Positions 19,249-29,244 of a stretch of 64,000 nt of DNA are shown one piece after another. The stretch's first letter is position 1. Every line of letters starts with the position of its first letter. Source of the stretch: a virus (Duplodnaviria > Heunggongvirae > Uroviricota > Caudoviricetes); the IMG/VR virus record IMGVR_UViG_3300043410_000565, positions 92,236 to 156,235 of that record. One strand, given 5' to 3'. The position numbers and the translations under genes were made by a program. A model generated the notes under the pieces. It was given only the letters and a program-made list of their open reading frames with translations, was not told the origin of the DNA and did not search any database.

Positions 19249-19785
19249 ATGCCTATATCTGATTCACTATACCCAAACAATCTTAACCCGTTATCGCCAA
19301 ACGGATTTAACTTCAGCATCACTAAGTTGCCAGGAGTTTCATTCTTTTGTCAACGTGTTACGATTCCATCAATCACCTTGGCGTCTATTGATAGAGCAAC
19401 ACCGTTTATCAATACACCAATCCCAGGTGAAATTATGTCATTCTCTGAATTGTCTTTACAGTTCTTGATTGACGACAAGATGAGTAACTACAAATCCATT
19501 TTCAATTGGATGGTAGCTTTAGGTTATCCAGAGGACAATAGTCAATATTCTAATTACATGAATACCCAACAAGGTACTGTATACTCTGAATTGGCTAAGA
19601 ACTATTCTGATGCTACTGTGTCAGTTTTAGACGCTCAAAACAATGCAACCAATTCATTCAAGTTCTATGATTTGTTCCCTATCTCTTTAGACCCTATTCA
19701 GTTTGAAGCGACAGCGATGGACGTAAACTATGTAATTGGATCAGCAACTTTTAAATATTCATACTTTACAATCGACAATACTTAA
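19249..19785 (+). CDS. Tail-tube-family (gp19-like fold) protein, possibly a tube terminator or initiator
   Basis: 178 aa. The composition and motifs (FSITKLPGVSFFCQRVTIPSITL) are weakly reminiscent of the gp19/gp54/gp48 tube-like family, which is an inference. It lies between gp23 and uvsY. Confidence 0.45.
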   Translation: MPISDSLYPNNLNPLSPNGFNFSITKLPGVSFFCQRVTIPSITLASIDRATPFINTPIPGEIMSFSELSLQFLIDDKMSNYKSIFNWMVALGYPEDNSQYSNYMNTQQGTVYSELAKNYSDATVSVLDAQNNATNSFKFYDLFPISLDPIQFEATAMDVNYVIGSATFKYSYFTIDNT

Positions 19786-19809
19786 TTTCGCCGAAGGCGT
19801 GGAGATATT

Positions 19810-20247
19810 ATGACACTTGATGAGATACAAAATGAATGGGACAAAGATTCCGAGATCGACGATAACTATCTTGGAGAAACAACAGTAGCTACTCCCAAGC
19901 TACATTCAAAATACTTGAGGTTGCTTATTGGTGTTAAGTTGAAGTACACCAAACTTCAAGCAGACTACAACCAACTCCGTAAAAATAAATTCCGCTATTA
20001 CCGTGGTGAACTCGGTAAAGAGGAGTTGCAACAACTTGGTTGGAATCAGTGGCAAGGTGTTAAACCCCTGAAGAATGAAATGGATGAATTCCTTCAAGGT
20101 GACACTGATCTCAATACACTCAAGGTTCGTGCAGAATACCTTGAAACAATGATTTATCTTTTAGAATCTATATTAGGACAGCTTAAAGCCAGAGACTGGC
20201 AAATTAAATCCGCCATTGAGTGGAAGAGATTCTTAGCTGGAATGTAA
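19810..20247 (+). CDS. uvsY: Recombination mediator UvsY
   Basis: The pattern L.E.Q.EW.KD..ID...L......KYL......K.....LQ.....L..N...YY.GE aligns with T4 UvsY. Lies adjacent to uvsW. Confidence 0.7.
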   Translation: MTLDEIQNEWDKDSEIDDNYLGETTVATPKLHSKYLRLLIGVKLKYTKLQADYNQLRKNKFRYYRGELGKEELQQLGWNQWQGVKPLKNEMDEFLQGDTDLNTLKVRAEYLETMIYLLESILGQLKARDWQIKSAIEWKRFLAGM

Positions 20248-21740
20248 TGTCTACACTATACGCTGAAAAACTAGACGAAGTCTACATGAGAGTTTTTGGC
20301 GATGCTTCTGTTGAAAAGGAGCTCGCTGATTTCTTCACATACGAATACCCAGGAGCTCGCTTCACTCCACAATTCAAAGCACGTCTTTGGGATGGTAAAG
20401 TTCGCCTATATGATCATATCCGTAAGACGTTATACATTGGATTGTATGAATACCTAGAGAAGTTCTGTGAACGTAATGGCTATGAACTACAAACAAAAGG
20501 TAGAGTGTTTGGTGGTAATGAAGAAATTAGCATGGACATCATCAAAGAGTTTACTGATTGGTTAAACTTAAGAGGTCGTGGTAACCCAATTGAAATTCGT
20601 GACTATCAACTTGAAGCTGTACATACTGCGTTAAATAAACAGCGCACGTTACTGTTATCACCAACTGCGTCAGGTAAGTCGCTAATCATCTACAGTACAA
20701 TGCGTTGGCATATTAACAATAAGCGTAAATGCGTTTTGATTGTACCAACTACTTCGCTTGTTGAACAGATGTACGCTGACTTTGAAGATTACTCTTCAGC
20801 TAACGGGTTTGATGTTAAGAACCACTGCCAGAAATTGTACAGCGGTTTCCCTAAAGAGTTTACCAAGGACGTTTTGATTACGACTTGGCAGTCTATCTAC
20901 CTTCAACCTAAATCATGGTTCAAGCAGTTCGATGTTATCTTCGGAGATGAGGCTCACCAGTTTAAAGCTAAGTCTTTAACTACCATCATGGAAAAACTTG
21001 ACACCGTTGAGCACCGTATTGGTACAACTGGTACATTGGACAATAAGAAAATTCACCAGCTAGTTCTAGAAGGTGTGTTTGGTCCAGTCCACCGAGTAAC
21101 CACTACTAAGGCTCTGATGGATTCAGGGAAATTATCTGCGCTAAATATAACGTGCCTGATAATGAAATATAGCGACGAGATTCGTAAAGAACGTAATAAG
21201 AACACGTACCAAGACGAAATGGACTTTCTTGTTGGCAATGAAAAGCGTAACAAGTTTATCCGCAATCTGGCAGTAAATTCTAACGGTAACACGCTGGTTC
21301 TTTTTCAATACGTTGAAAAGCACGGCAAAGTTCTCTACGATCTTATTAAAAATAAAGTAGCCGAAGGACGCCATGTATTCTTTGTACACGGTGGTACTGA
21401 CGTTACGGATCGTGAATCCATTCGCCATATTACAGAAAAAGAAACTGATGCGATCATCATCGCGAGCTATGGAACTTTCTCGACAGGTATTAATATTCCT
21501 TCGATTGAGAACGTTATCTTTGCTTCGCCAAGTAAGTCTAAGATTCGTAACCTTCAATCTATTGGTCGAGGTTTGCGTTTGAAAGATGGAAAGACAGCTT
21601 GTAACTTATACGACATAGCTGATGACTTGCATTGGAAGTCATGGAAGAATCATACGTTGAATCATGCAGCTGAGCGCTACAAAACGTATGTTGAAGAAGA
21701 ATTTAAATTGAAAATGGTGGAAGTGAATTTATATGGATAA
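20247..21740 (+). CDS. uvsW: UvsW DNA helicase (SF2). ATG 20247 at the TAATG junction is preferred.
   Basis: Walker A SPTASGKS, DEAH box GDEAHQF, and a C-terminus (IIIASYGTFSTGINIPSIENVIFASPSKSKIRNLQSIGRGLR) that aligns with T4 UvsW. Confidence 0.9.
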   Translation: MSTLYAEKLDEVYMRVFGDASVEKELADFFTYEYPGARFTPQFKARLWDGKVRLYDHIRKTLYIGLYEYLEKFCERNGYELQTKGRVFGGNEEISMDIIKEFTDWLNLRGRGNPIEIRDYQLEAVHTALNKQRTLLLSPTASGKSLIIYSTMRWHINNKRKCVLIVPTTSLVEQMYADFEDYSSANGFDVKNHCQKLYSGFPKEFTKDVLITTWQSIYLQPKSWFKQFDVIFGDEAHQFKAKSLTTIMEKLDTVEHRIGTTGTLDNKKIHQLVLEGVFGPVHRVTTTKALMDSGKLSALNITCLIMKYSDEIRKERNKNTYQDEMDFLVGNEKRNKFIRNLAVNSNGNTLVLFQYVEKHGKVLYDLIKNKVAEGRHVFFVHGGTDVTDRESIRHITEKETDAIIIASYGTFSTGINIPSIENVIFASPSKSKIRNLQSIGRGLRLKDGKTACNLYDIADDLHWKSWKNHTLNHAAERYKTYVEEEFKLKMVEVNLYG

Positions 21741-22203
21741 AAAATATGTCGTTGTGAAACTGGTTACTGGTGAAACAGTTATGGCAACGTTTGAAGGTGA
21801 AGATGAACATTGCGTGAAGATTGATCACCCTATCCAAATCAGAACTACGATTATCCCAGAGTTGGGAAGAGAATCTATATCGGCATCTCCACTATGCCAA
21901 TTTTCTGATGCTACGACTTTTGTATTTGAAAAGAGTCACATCGTTTATATTAAGAAATTGCATCAACAGTTTGTAAAACATTACAACAGCTTTTTGCAGT
22001 CTTATGAGGAAGCCCTCATTCCAACTACTCGCTCCGAGATCCAAGACAAGTTAAGCGAATACTTCGATGACGCACAGCATCTCACAGTAGATGAAATCAA
22101 CCGTCGAATCGAAATGCTTGAAGCTATCGCTGAAGGGGACATGTCAGAAGAAGAACTAGACGTTATGCTTTCCGTTATGGAAGGTAACGATACAGTACAT
22201 TAG
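21733..22203 (+). CDS. Hypothetical acidic protein
   Basis: 156-aa ORF overlapping the uvsW end by 8 nt. Confidence 0.55.
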   Translation: MDKKYVVVKLVTGETVMATFEGEDEHCVKIDHPIQIRTTIIPELGRESISASPLCQFSDATTFVFEKSHIVYIKKLHQQFVKHYNSFLQSYEEALIPTTRSEIQDKLSEYFDDAQHLTVDEINRRIEMLEAIAEGDMSEEELDVMLSVMEGNDTVH

Positions 22204-22252
22204 AATCACTCATATCAAACCCGACATGGGTATTATCCTACGATGTCAAGTA

Positions 22253-22314
22253 AAAGGCAAGTTTATTTTTGACTATGGTAATCTTGTAATCTCAAGAAAA
22301 TAAAACTTGCCTTT
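22253..22314 (+). repeat. Long inverted repeat (12-bp arms AAAGGCAAGTTT / AAACTTGCCTTT with a 38-nt loop) upstream of gene 55
   Basis: Perfect 12-bp complementary arms at 22253-22264 and 22303-22314. Confidence 0.6.
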
Positions 22315-22335
22315 CAACATGGTTTGAACTATAAT
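22307..22335 (+). promoter_or_regulatory. Sigma70-like promoter for gene 55 (-35 TTGCCT, 17-bp spacer, -10 TATAAT)
   Basis: TTGCCT at 22307-22312 and TATAAT at 22330-22335. The -35 hexamer lies inside the right arm of the inverted repeat. Confidence 0.4.
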
Positions 22336-22373
22336 ATGAACATGCCTCTATATTAAAAGAGGAAATATATTTA

Positions 22374-22931
22374 ATGGCACACTATGTAAACAACGCAGAC
22401 TTTCTTGCTGCCCTTATTGCCCATAAGGAAAAAGTAGAAGAAGCTGAAAAATTAGGTTTACCAAAACCGATCATCCCAAACTACGTGGGAGATTGCATTC
22501 TCAAAATTGCTAATCACCTAGCATATAAACCAAACTTCATCAACTATTCGTATCGCGATGATATGGTTCTGGATGGTATTGAAAACTGTATCCAATACCT
22601 TGATAATTTTAATCCAGATAAGTCGAGCAATCCGTTCGCATATTTCACTCAAATTATTTACTATGCTTTTCTTCGTAGGATTACGAAAGAGAAGAAGCAG
22701 TCATACATCAAAGGTATGCTGATTCAGAACATGCCATTCGATGCTTTCGAGTTACAAGAAGGTGATGATGGTGAATACCATAACCAATACTTAGAGTTCA
22801 TGCAGCAACATGGCACCTTTGATGATTCTTTTATCCAACGTAAAGAGAAAAAGAAGAAATCAAAAACTAATACCCTTGATGAATTCATTGAAGACAAAAA
22901 CGAATATGGTGAGGAAGGTTCTGAAGAATGA
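22374..22931 (+). CDS. 55: Late-transcription sigma factor gp55
   Basis: 185 aa, the same length as T4 gp55. The N-terminus (MAHYVNNADFLAALIAHKEK...YVGDCILKIANHLAYKPNFINYSYRDDM) aligns with T4 gp55. Confidence 0.85.
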   Translation: MAHYVNNADFLAALIAHKEKVEEAEKLGLPKPIIPNYVGDCILKIANHLAYKPNFINYSYRDDMVLDGIENCIQYLDNFNPDKSSNPFAYFTQIIYYAFLRRITKEKKQSYIKGMLIQNMPFDAFELQEGDDGEYHNQYLEFMQQHGTFDDSFIQRKEKKKKSKTNTLDEFIEDKNEYGEEGSEE

Positions 22932-23986
22932 AGGTAGCAATTATCACTGACCAACACTTTGGTGCTCGTAACGATAGTATCGCATTTTTAGATTACTTTG
23001 AAAAGTTTTACAATGACATCTTCTTTCCTACACTTACTGAACATAACATTGATACCGTTCTTGTTCTTGGTGACACCTTTGATCGTCGCAAGTATGTTAA
23101 CTTCTATGCACTCCAAAGAGCGAAAGAGATGTTTTTTGATCGTCTTGCTAACGCAGGTATCACTGTTCATATGCTTGCTGGTAACCATGATACTTACTTC
23201 AAGAATACCAATGACGTAAACTCTCCAGACTTACTGTTAAGAGAATACAATAACATTAACGTGATTGATCACCCTGCTACAATCTACGTTGATGAAACCC
23301 CAATCTGTATGATGCCTTGGATTTGCCCTGAGAACTATAAAGACTCTCTGGATACAATCAATGATACCAAAGCTGAAATCTGTATGGGTCACTTCGAAAT
23401 TGCAGGGTTTGCTATGTACAGAGGTATGGAATCGCATGATGGTCTTTCTAAAGAAACATTTGACAAGTTTGACATGGTTTTTAGCGGGCATTACCATCAC
23501 AAGTCTGATGATGGGCATATCTACTACGTCGGAAACCCCTATGAACTTACTTGGCAAGACTACAACGATCCCCGAGGGTTTCACTTGTTTGATCTTGGAA
23601 GTCGAAAACTCGAATTCATCAGAAATCCTTTTAGTATGTTTGCCAGACTCGAATACGACGATAAAGGAAAAGACCCGATCGAACTTGACGAATGTGATTT
23701 AGAAAACAAGTATGTAAAGTTAGTTGTTGTCAACAAAACTGACTATTATAAATTTGACCGTTTCATTCAAAAGTTATATAATAAGGGTTGCCACGATATT
23801 AAAGTTGTGGAAGATATGTCTGAGTTTAACGAAGGTGAACTAGCAGACGAAACCATTAATCTTGAAGATACATTATCTGTTCTTGGTCATTACGTTGATT
23901 CTGTTGTGACTGATATGGACAAAGAGAAAATTAAAACATATATGCGTGCTTTGTATACCGAAGCCGTAAACATTGAGGTTGTATGA
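22928..23986 (+). CDS. 47: Recombination endonuclease subunit gp47 (Mre11-like)
   Basis: Phosphoesterase motifs IITDQHFG, GDTFDR, GNHD and GHFE. Adjacent to gp46. Confidence 0.85.
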   Translation: MKVAIITDQHFGARNDSIAFLDYFEKFYNDIFFPTLTEHNIDTVLVLGDTFDRRKYVNFYALQRAKEMFFDRLANAGITVHMLAGNHDTYFKNTNDVNSPDLLLREYNNINVIDHPATIYVDETPICMMPWICPENYKDSLDTINDTKAEICMGHFEIAGFAMYRGMESHDGLSKETFDKFDMVFSGHYHHKSDDGHIYYVGNPYELTWQDYNDPRGFHLFDLGSRKLEFIRNPFSMFARLEYDDKGKDPIELDECDLENKYVKLVVVNKTDYYKFDRFIQKLYNKGCHDIKVVEDMSEFNEGELADETINLEDTLSVLGHYVDSVVTDMDKEKIKTYMRALYTEAVNIEVV

Positions 23987-25701
23987 TCACATTTGAATCC
24001 ATTGAATGGAAAAACTTTCTGTCAACTGGCAACTCTGCTAACAAAGTTCTACTGAATAAGTCTACCACTACTTTGATCATTGGTAAAAATGGTGAAGGTA
24101 AGTCCACTATTCTTGACGCTCTTTGTTTTGCTTTGTTTGGTAAACCCTTTCGTAACATTAACAAGGGTCAGCTGATTAACTCGATCAACGGTAAAAACTG
24201 TTTGGTTGAAATCCATTTCAATGTAAACAACAAGTCATATAAAGTTATCCGTGGTATCAAACCTAACAAGTTTGAAATCTGGTGCGATGATGAGTTGCTC
24301 AACCAAGACGCTGCAGCTAAAGACTATCAAAAGGTTCTTGAGCAGCAAATCTTAAAGCTGAACTATAAAACCTTCACACAGGTTGTTATTCTTGGTTCAG
24401 CTTCTTTTGTTCCATTCATGCAGCTATCGTCTGCACAACGTCGTGAAGTTATTGAAGACATCCTTGACATTCGTATCTTCTCGACAATGAACCAGTTGTT
24501 GAAGGAGAAAGCCAGTGATACAAAGTCGGAGATCGCACGGATTGAAGTTGAGATTGCGAACGCGAAGACTAAAGTCGAAGCACAAAATGCAATTATTAAA
24601 ACTATCTCGGATGCGAGGGCAGATAATATTAGATCCATCCAAGAGAAAATCGCAAGCAGCACTCAAGAAGTTGAGCGAAATCAACTCGAGGTTGATGACC
24701 TTATCGGACAAATTGGAAATCTTAAGAATCAGATTGAGGACAAGAAGAAAGTACAAGAAGATATCGAAAAAGCAAAGTCAATCAGAAGTAAGCTGCACAA
24801 CAAGATCGAAACAGCAGAACATCATAAAGAATTTTTTACTTCACATGATGTATGCCCCTCTTGTGCTCAGGGTATCCCACATGAACACAAAGAGTCAATC
24901 CTCAGCGATCTTAACGCAAAGGTTGATGACCAAAATTCTAAAGTTGCTGAACTCGAATCCGTTCTTGGGTCTCTCAATGAAAGACTATCTAACATTAACG
25001 AAGTGTTGGACCAGATTACAGAAAAGAACATCGAGCTATCAACAAAGAACTCCGCTATCACCCTTATTAACAAACAGATTACTTCCCTCGAAAGAGAGAT
25101 TGAAACTCATCAAACGAACACGACAAATCTTGATGAAGAGAAATCCAAGCTGAAACAGTTAGCTGAAGATGCTATGGGTAAGATTAAATCTAAGACTGCC
25201 CTGCAAGAACATCGTAACCTCGAAGAAGTTGCTTCGTTGTTGTTGAAAGATACTGGTATCAAAACTGCTATCATCCGTGAATACCTTCCCGTGATGAACA
25301 AGTTGATCAACAAGTATCTACAAGCAATGGATGCTTACATTCACTTTGAGCTTGATGAGTCTTTCAATGAATCTGTGAAGAGCCGTTTCCGTGATGACTT
25401 CACTTATGCTTCTTTCTCTGAAGGTGAAAAGATGCGTATTGACTTGTCTATCCTTTTTACTTGGCGTCAAATCGCTAAGATGAAAAACAGCGTTAATACT
25501 AATTTACTACTTTTGGATGAGATCTTCGATTCCAGTTTAGATACCGCTGGCACGGACTACTTCTTGAACCTGATGAACACGCTGGGTGAAAATTCCAACG
25601 TCTTTGTCATCTCCCATAAGGGTGATCAGTTGTTCGATAAATTCCGTTCAGTCATCAAATTCGAGAAGCGTAACGACTTTTCGGTCATCGCAACCCCTTG
25701 A
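23983..25701 (+). CDS. 46: Recombination endonuclease subunit gp46 (Rad50/SbcC-like ATPase)
   Basis: Walker A GKNGEGKSTILDAL, a long central coiled coil with a CPSC zinc hook, and a C-terminal LLLDEIFDSSLD (Walker B/D-loop). Confidence 0.85.
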   Translation: MITFESIEWKNFLSTGNSANKVLLNKSTTTLIIGKNGEGKSTILDALCFALFGKPFRNINKGQLINSINGKNCLVEIHFNVNNKSYKVIRGIKPNKFEIWCDDELLNQDAAAKDYQKVLEQQILKLNYKTFTQVVILGSASFVPFMQLSSAQRREVIEDILDIRIFSTMNQLLKEKASDTKSEIARIEVEIANAKTKVEAQNAIIKTISDARADNIRSIQEKIASSTQEVERNQLEVDDLIGQIGNLKNQIEDKKKVQEDIEKAKSIRSKLHNKIETAEHHKEFFTSHDVCPSCAQGIPHEHKESILSDLNAKVDDQNSKVAELESVLGSLNERLSNINEVLDQITEKNIELSTKNSAITLINKQITSLEREIETHQTNTTNLDEEKSKLKQLAEDAMGKIKSKTALQEHRNLEEVASLLLKDTGIKTAIIREYLPVMNKLINKYLQAMDAYIHFELDESFNESVKSRFRDDFTYASFSEGEKMRIDLSILFTWRQIAKMKNSVNTNLLLLDEIFDSSLDTAGTDYFLNLMNTLGENSNVFVISHKGDQLFDKFRSVIKFEKRNDFSVIATP

Positions 25702-25713
25702 TTCTACAGGGGT
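25691..25713 (+). terminator. Stem-loop after gp46 (AACCCCT-loop-AGGGGTT) with no clear T tract
   Basis: 7-bp GC-rich inverted repeat immediately 3' of the stop codon. Confidence 0.4.
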
Positions 25714-25718
25714 TCAAG

Positions 25719-25762
25719 AAATCGCTTGCCTTTAATTCCAAAATGAGCTATAATACTTGTAT
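25719..25762 (+). promoter_or_regulatory. Conserved early promoter P1 (AAATCGCTTGCCTTTAATTCCAAAATGAGCTATAATACTTGTAT)
   Basis: -35 TTGCCT, 17-bp spacer, -10 TATAAT. The roughly 45-bp block is shared with P2-P5. Confidence 0.7.
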
Positions 25763-25779
25763 TGATAGGAGATTTTATT

Positions 25780-27912
25780 ATGGAAATTCAGGCAACCGAC
25801 CTTTCCGCTCGACTGCTGGCAACTGAAAACCTTACGGTGGTTCGCAACAATGCACCCACCGCATCGTTTGACATCAAATCCCGTGTACTAACCCTTCCGA
25901 TGTGGAAGGACATGACCCCTGAGATTGAGGATATGCTCGTGGGTCATGAAGTTGGCCACGCACTCTATACCCTCGACAAATACATCAAACCGATTCAGGA
26001 CAACCCAAAACTGAAGTCGTACATGAACATTCTCGAAGACGTTCGTATCGAGAAGCTGATCAAACGCAAGTATCCTGGTTTGCGCAAGCGCATGAACGAA
26101 GGTTACAAACAACTCAATGACAAAGACTTCTTTGGTGTATCCAAAGTTGCTTCTCTTGACGCACTCAACCTTATTGACCGCATCAACCTGTACTTTAAAG
26201 CAGGTTTCCAGTGCGGTGTTAAGTTCGATCAAGACGAGAAGCCTTTCGTCAACCGTGCCGAGCGCACCGAAACCATCGACGAAGTTATCCAACTTGCCAA
26301 CGACATCTACACGTTTGCTAAAGAGCAAGCCGAAAAGAAAAAGCAAGAACGTGCAGCCGCAGGTGAAGGTGATGACGATTCTGAAGCAGATGAAGTTGAC
26401 TACCTTGATGACCTAGACTTGGATGGTGATGACTGGCAAGAAGAAGATAACGACAAACCCGAAGAAGGTGAGAAGTCAGCTAAAGGCAAAGGTGCTGGTC
26501 AAAATACAACTGAAGAAGACCTTGAGTCTGTAACCGACCGTGCGTTCTCTGAGCGTCTTGAAGAGTTGGCTGATCAATCTACTGAGTATCGCTATCACAA
26601 AATTGAGCCACTCGGTTTTGATCCAATCATTGGTTTCAAGCAAGTGTTGAAAGACTTGGACTTTGACTTCAACAACGTGTCTATTGGTTCATACTACCAC
26701 AACCGTGTTTATGGTTCCAAGACCGAAGAACAATTCACACAAAAGCAACAAGCTGCTGTGAACAAGTTTAAGACTGACTCTGTTAGTTCGGTAAACTACT
26801 TGGTCAAAGAATTTGAAATGAAGAAGTCTGCTCAGCTGTATAAGCGTGCTCAGGTTTCTAAGATCGGTTCTTTGGATATGCGTAAGGTTTTTGCCTACCA
26901 ACTCCAAGACGATTTGTTCAAGCGTGTGACTACTATCCCGCAAGGTAAAAACCACGGCATGATCATGTTGATCGACTGGTCTGGTTCTATGTCTGACGTT
27001 ATCGAAGATACCATCAAACAGGTTATCAACCTTGCTATGTTCTGTAACAAGGCTCAGATTCCTTATCGCGTGTTTGCTTTCACTAGCCAATACGTTGACC
27101 GCGACAGCGATGTTTATCATAAGCGTTACAAGAAGTCCGTTGAGATTCGTGATCGTTGGATGAGAGACCAAAACGATTCCGTGATTGATGCTGGTCACTT
27201 CAACCTGTTGGAATTGTTCTCAAATCGTATGTCTACATCTGAGTTCAATGGTATGATCAAGAAGTTGCTTGACCCTCGTGTTTTCTGGCACAAAGGTTAT
27301 GACCTTGGCGGCACTCCGCTGAACGAAGCATTGCTTTGGGTTTACAACAACGTTGGCGAGTACATGAAGAACAATCGTATTGAGAAGATGAACTTCATTA
27401 CTTTGTCTGATGGTTGCGGTGGTTCATTGCAAGCGTCTGGTGGTATCAGCCGTTACAGCTATGGCAACAAAGTTAAGCACCTCTTGCGCGACCCAGTTAC
27501 CAAGAAGACTTATGCTTTCGGTTACGATGCTGGTCAACAAACTGAAACCTTGTTGAAGATGATCAAAGACCGTTACGACATCCGCGCGATTGGTTTCTAC
27601 ATCTGTTCAAACCGTCGTAGTAGTTTGAATGCTGCCATCAAAGATAACCTGTATGGTTTCGCTGGAAACGCAGACAACGTTATTGATGAAATGCGCAAAG
27701 AGTTTAAGAACCAAGGTTTTTACTCAATGCAAGGTACTGGTCGCGACGATCTGTTCATCGTTCCCGCTGAATCGACTAAAATCGATGAAAGCGAACTGAA
27801 AGTTGAGTCTGATATGTCTGCTCGTCGTTTGGCTACAAATCTTGGAAAGTTCCTGAACACCAAGAAAACCAGCCGTATTTTGTTGAGCCGATTCATCGGG
27901 TACGTTGCCTAA
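25780..27912 (+). CDS. CobT-like protein with a C-terminal von Willebrand factor A (vWA) domain. ATG 25780 is preferred over the TTG ORF-track start.
   Basis: MIDAS motif LIDWSGSMSD, an acidic D/E-rich central linker, RBS AGGAG. It pairs with the downstream MoxR/CobS-like ATPase. Confidence 0.75.
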   Translation: MEIQATDLSARLLATENLTVVRNNAPTASFDIKSRVLTLPMWKDMTPEIEDMLVGHEVGHALYTLDKYIKPIQDNPKLKSYMNILEDVRIEKLIKRKYPGLRKRMNEGYKQLNDKDFFGVSKVASLDALNLIDRINLYFKAGFQCGVKFDQDEKPFVNRAERTETIDEVIQLANDIYTFAKEQAEKKKQERAAAGEGDDDSEADEVDYLDDLDLDGDDWQEEDNDKPEEGEKSAKGKGAGQNTTEEDLESVTDRAFSERLEELADQSTEYRYHKIEPLGFDPIIGFKQVLKDLDFDFNNVSIGSYYHNRVYGSKTEEQFTQKQQAAVNKFKTDSVSSVNYLVKEFEMKKSAQLYKRAQVSKIGSLDMRKVFAYQLQDDLFKRVTTIPQGKNHGMIMLIDWSGSMSDVIEDTIKQVINLAMFCNKAQIPYRVFAFTSQYVDRDSDVYHKRYKKSVEIRDRWMRDQNDSVIDAGHFNLLELFSNRMSTSEFNGMIKKLLDPRVFWHKGYDLGGTPLNEALLWVYNNVGEYMKNNRIEKMNFITLSDGCGGSLQASGGISRYSYGNKVKHLLRDPVTKKTYAFGYDAGQQTETLLKMIKDRYDIRAIGFYICSNRRSSLNAAIKDNLYGFAGNADNVIDEMRKEFKNQGFYSMQGTGRDDLFIVPAESTKIDESELKVESDMSARRLATNLGKFLNTKKTSRILLSRFIGYVA

Positions 27913-27944
27913 GCCTGTAGGAGTAAGGCTCTTGAGGTCTCAAA

Positions 27945-27988
27945 AAAGAGCTTTACTTTAATTCCAAAATAGACTATAATACTTGTAT
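27945..27988 (+). promoter_or_regulatory. Conserved early promoter P2 (GAGCTTTACTTTAATTCCAAAATAGACTATAATACTTGTAT)
   Basis: -35 TTTACT, 17-bp spacer, -10 TATAAT. Near-identical to P1 over the spacer and the region downstream of -10. Confidence 0.7.
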
Positions 27989-28014
27989 AGTCTGATAAAT
28001 TATGGAGAAATGTG

Positions 28015-29157
28015 ATGAGTGATGCCGTCTTTCAGCGTGAGTTTGAACTGAAACTCGATGAGATGTACCCTGATGTTAAGTCAACTGGTACAGTGAAGAA
28101 TCAAGAATTGCTTTCGGTTATGAAAGCACTTGGTACGACCAAACAACCTAAGTGGTTGATGGTCAATAAAGTCAGTCGTGGTTTGTATGCCATCCCTGGC
28201 AGTAAGTCTAATGTTGTTATGAAGGAAGAACCTGTGAGTTCATTTGAAGTTGATTACACGAACACTGATTCGTTGATTCCCAAGAAAGACCCTAACTTTG
28301 TTCCATTCGGTAATTTTACCGATCTTGAGAACATTATCAAGTCTCAAATTTTCTATCCTGCCTATATCAGTGGTCCAACTGGTAATGGTAAGTCTACGAT
28401 GGTGGAACAGATTTGTGCCAAGCACAAACGTCCCCTGATTCGTGTCAACCTGAACATGATGGTTGACGAAGAACAATTGATTGGTTCCAAAACCTTGCAA
28501 GAAGGCAACGTTGAGATCGTTGAAGGACCAGTCCTTATCGCCATGCGTTCTGGCACTACTCTGTTGCTGGACGAAATTGACGCAGGTGCTGCTAACACCC
28601 TGCTTTGCTTGCAACCTATTCTCGAGGGCAAGCCATACTACTTCAAGCTGAAGAATGAAATGATCATTCCAGCCAAGGGTTTTAACATTATCGCAACTGC
28701 CAACACCAAAGGTAAAGGTTCAGACGATGGTCGCTATATTGGTACCAACATTCTGAACGAAGCCTTCTTGGAGCGTTTCGCTGTTACGTTCAACCAAGAA
28801 TATCCTTCTGCTAAGATTGAAGGTAAGATTGTTCAAAACCTGATGACCTCGTACGAATGTCTGGATGAAACCTTTGCCGATAACTTGGTGAAGTGGGCTG
28901 ATGCCATCCGTAAGACTTTCGATGACGGTGGTGTTGATGAAACAATTACGACTCGTCGTATGACCCACATCGTTCGTGCCTTTGCGATTTTCAAGAAGCA
29001 AGACAAGGCTATCGAACTTTGTTGCAATCGTTTCGATGCTGCAACGAAAGCTGCATTCATCGACTTGTATGACAAGATTGCAAGCCCTGAGCCTGAGGTG
29101 TTGACCCCTGTTGCACCTGTGTCTCTCAACCCAGAATCGGACGAAATTCCGTTCTAA
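28015..29157 (+). CDS. CobS/MoxR-like AAA+ ATPase with an N-terminal wHTH-like extension
   Basis: Walker A GPTGNGKST, Walker B LLLDEIDA, sensor region TANTKGKG. The N-terminal 65 aa share the motif PxWLxxNKxxxGLYxxP with the 29245 gene. Confidence 0.8.
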   Translation: MSDAVFQREFELKLDEMYPDVKSTGTVKNQELLSVMKALGTTKQPKWLMVNKVSRGLYAIPGSKSNVVMKEEPVSSFEVDYTNTDSLIPKKDPNFVPFGNFTDLENIIKSQIFYPAYISGPTGNGKSTMVEQICAKHKRPLIRVNLNMMVDEEQLIGSKTLQEGNVEIVEGPVLIAMRSGTTLLLDEIDAGAANTLLCLQPILEGKPYYFKLKNEMIIPAKGFNIIATANTKGKGSDDGRYIGTNILNEAFLERFAVTFNQEYPSAKIEGKIVQNLMTSYECLDETFADNLVKWADAIRKTFDDGGVDETITTRRMTHIVRAFAIFKKQDKAIELCCNRFDAATKAAFIDLYDKIASPEPEVLTPVAPVSLNPESDEIPF

Positions 29158-29199
29158 AAATCGCTTGACTTTAATTCAAAGTTCAGGTATAATTAATGT
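29156..29199 (+). promoter_or_regulatory. Conserved early promoter P3 (AAATCGCTTGACTTTAATTCAAAGTTCAGGTATAATTAATGTAT)
   Basis: Consensus -35 TTGACT, 17-bp spacer, -10 TATAAT. Followed by a GGGG(N7)CCCC palindrome in the 5' UTR. Confidence 0.75.
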
Positions 29200-29244
29200 A
29201 TGGGGTGAAATTCCCCGTTCTTGAAAACTGATAAAGGATATATT

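Noticed and set aside
24515-25153. 212-aa + strand ORF in an alternate frame of gp46, and several minus ORFs inside gp46, the CobT-like gene and ligase (for example 38049..38771, 26689..27198)
   Set aside because: They lie inside well-supported conserved genes in other frames. The composition is Arg/Leu/Ser-rich nonsense with no RBS.
25719-25731. Reading the conserved CGCTT(T/G)AC element of the early promoters as a T4 MotA box (middle promoter)
   Set aside because: The element reads TCGCTT rather than TGCTT and sits about 5 bp further upstream than a MotA box. One copy has a perfect TTGACT -35 with 17-bp spacing, so a sigma70-type early promoter is the simpler reading. MotA-like activation cannot be excluded.
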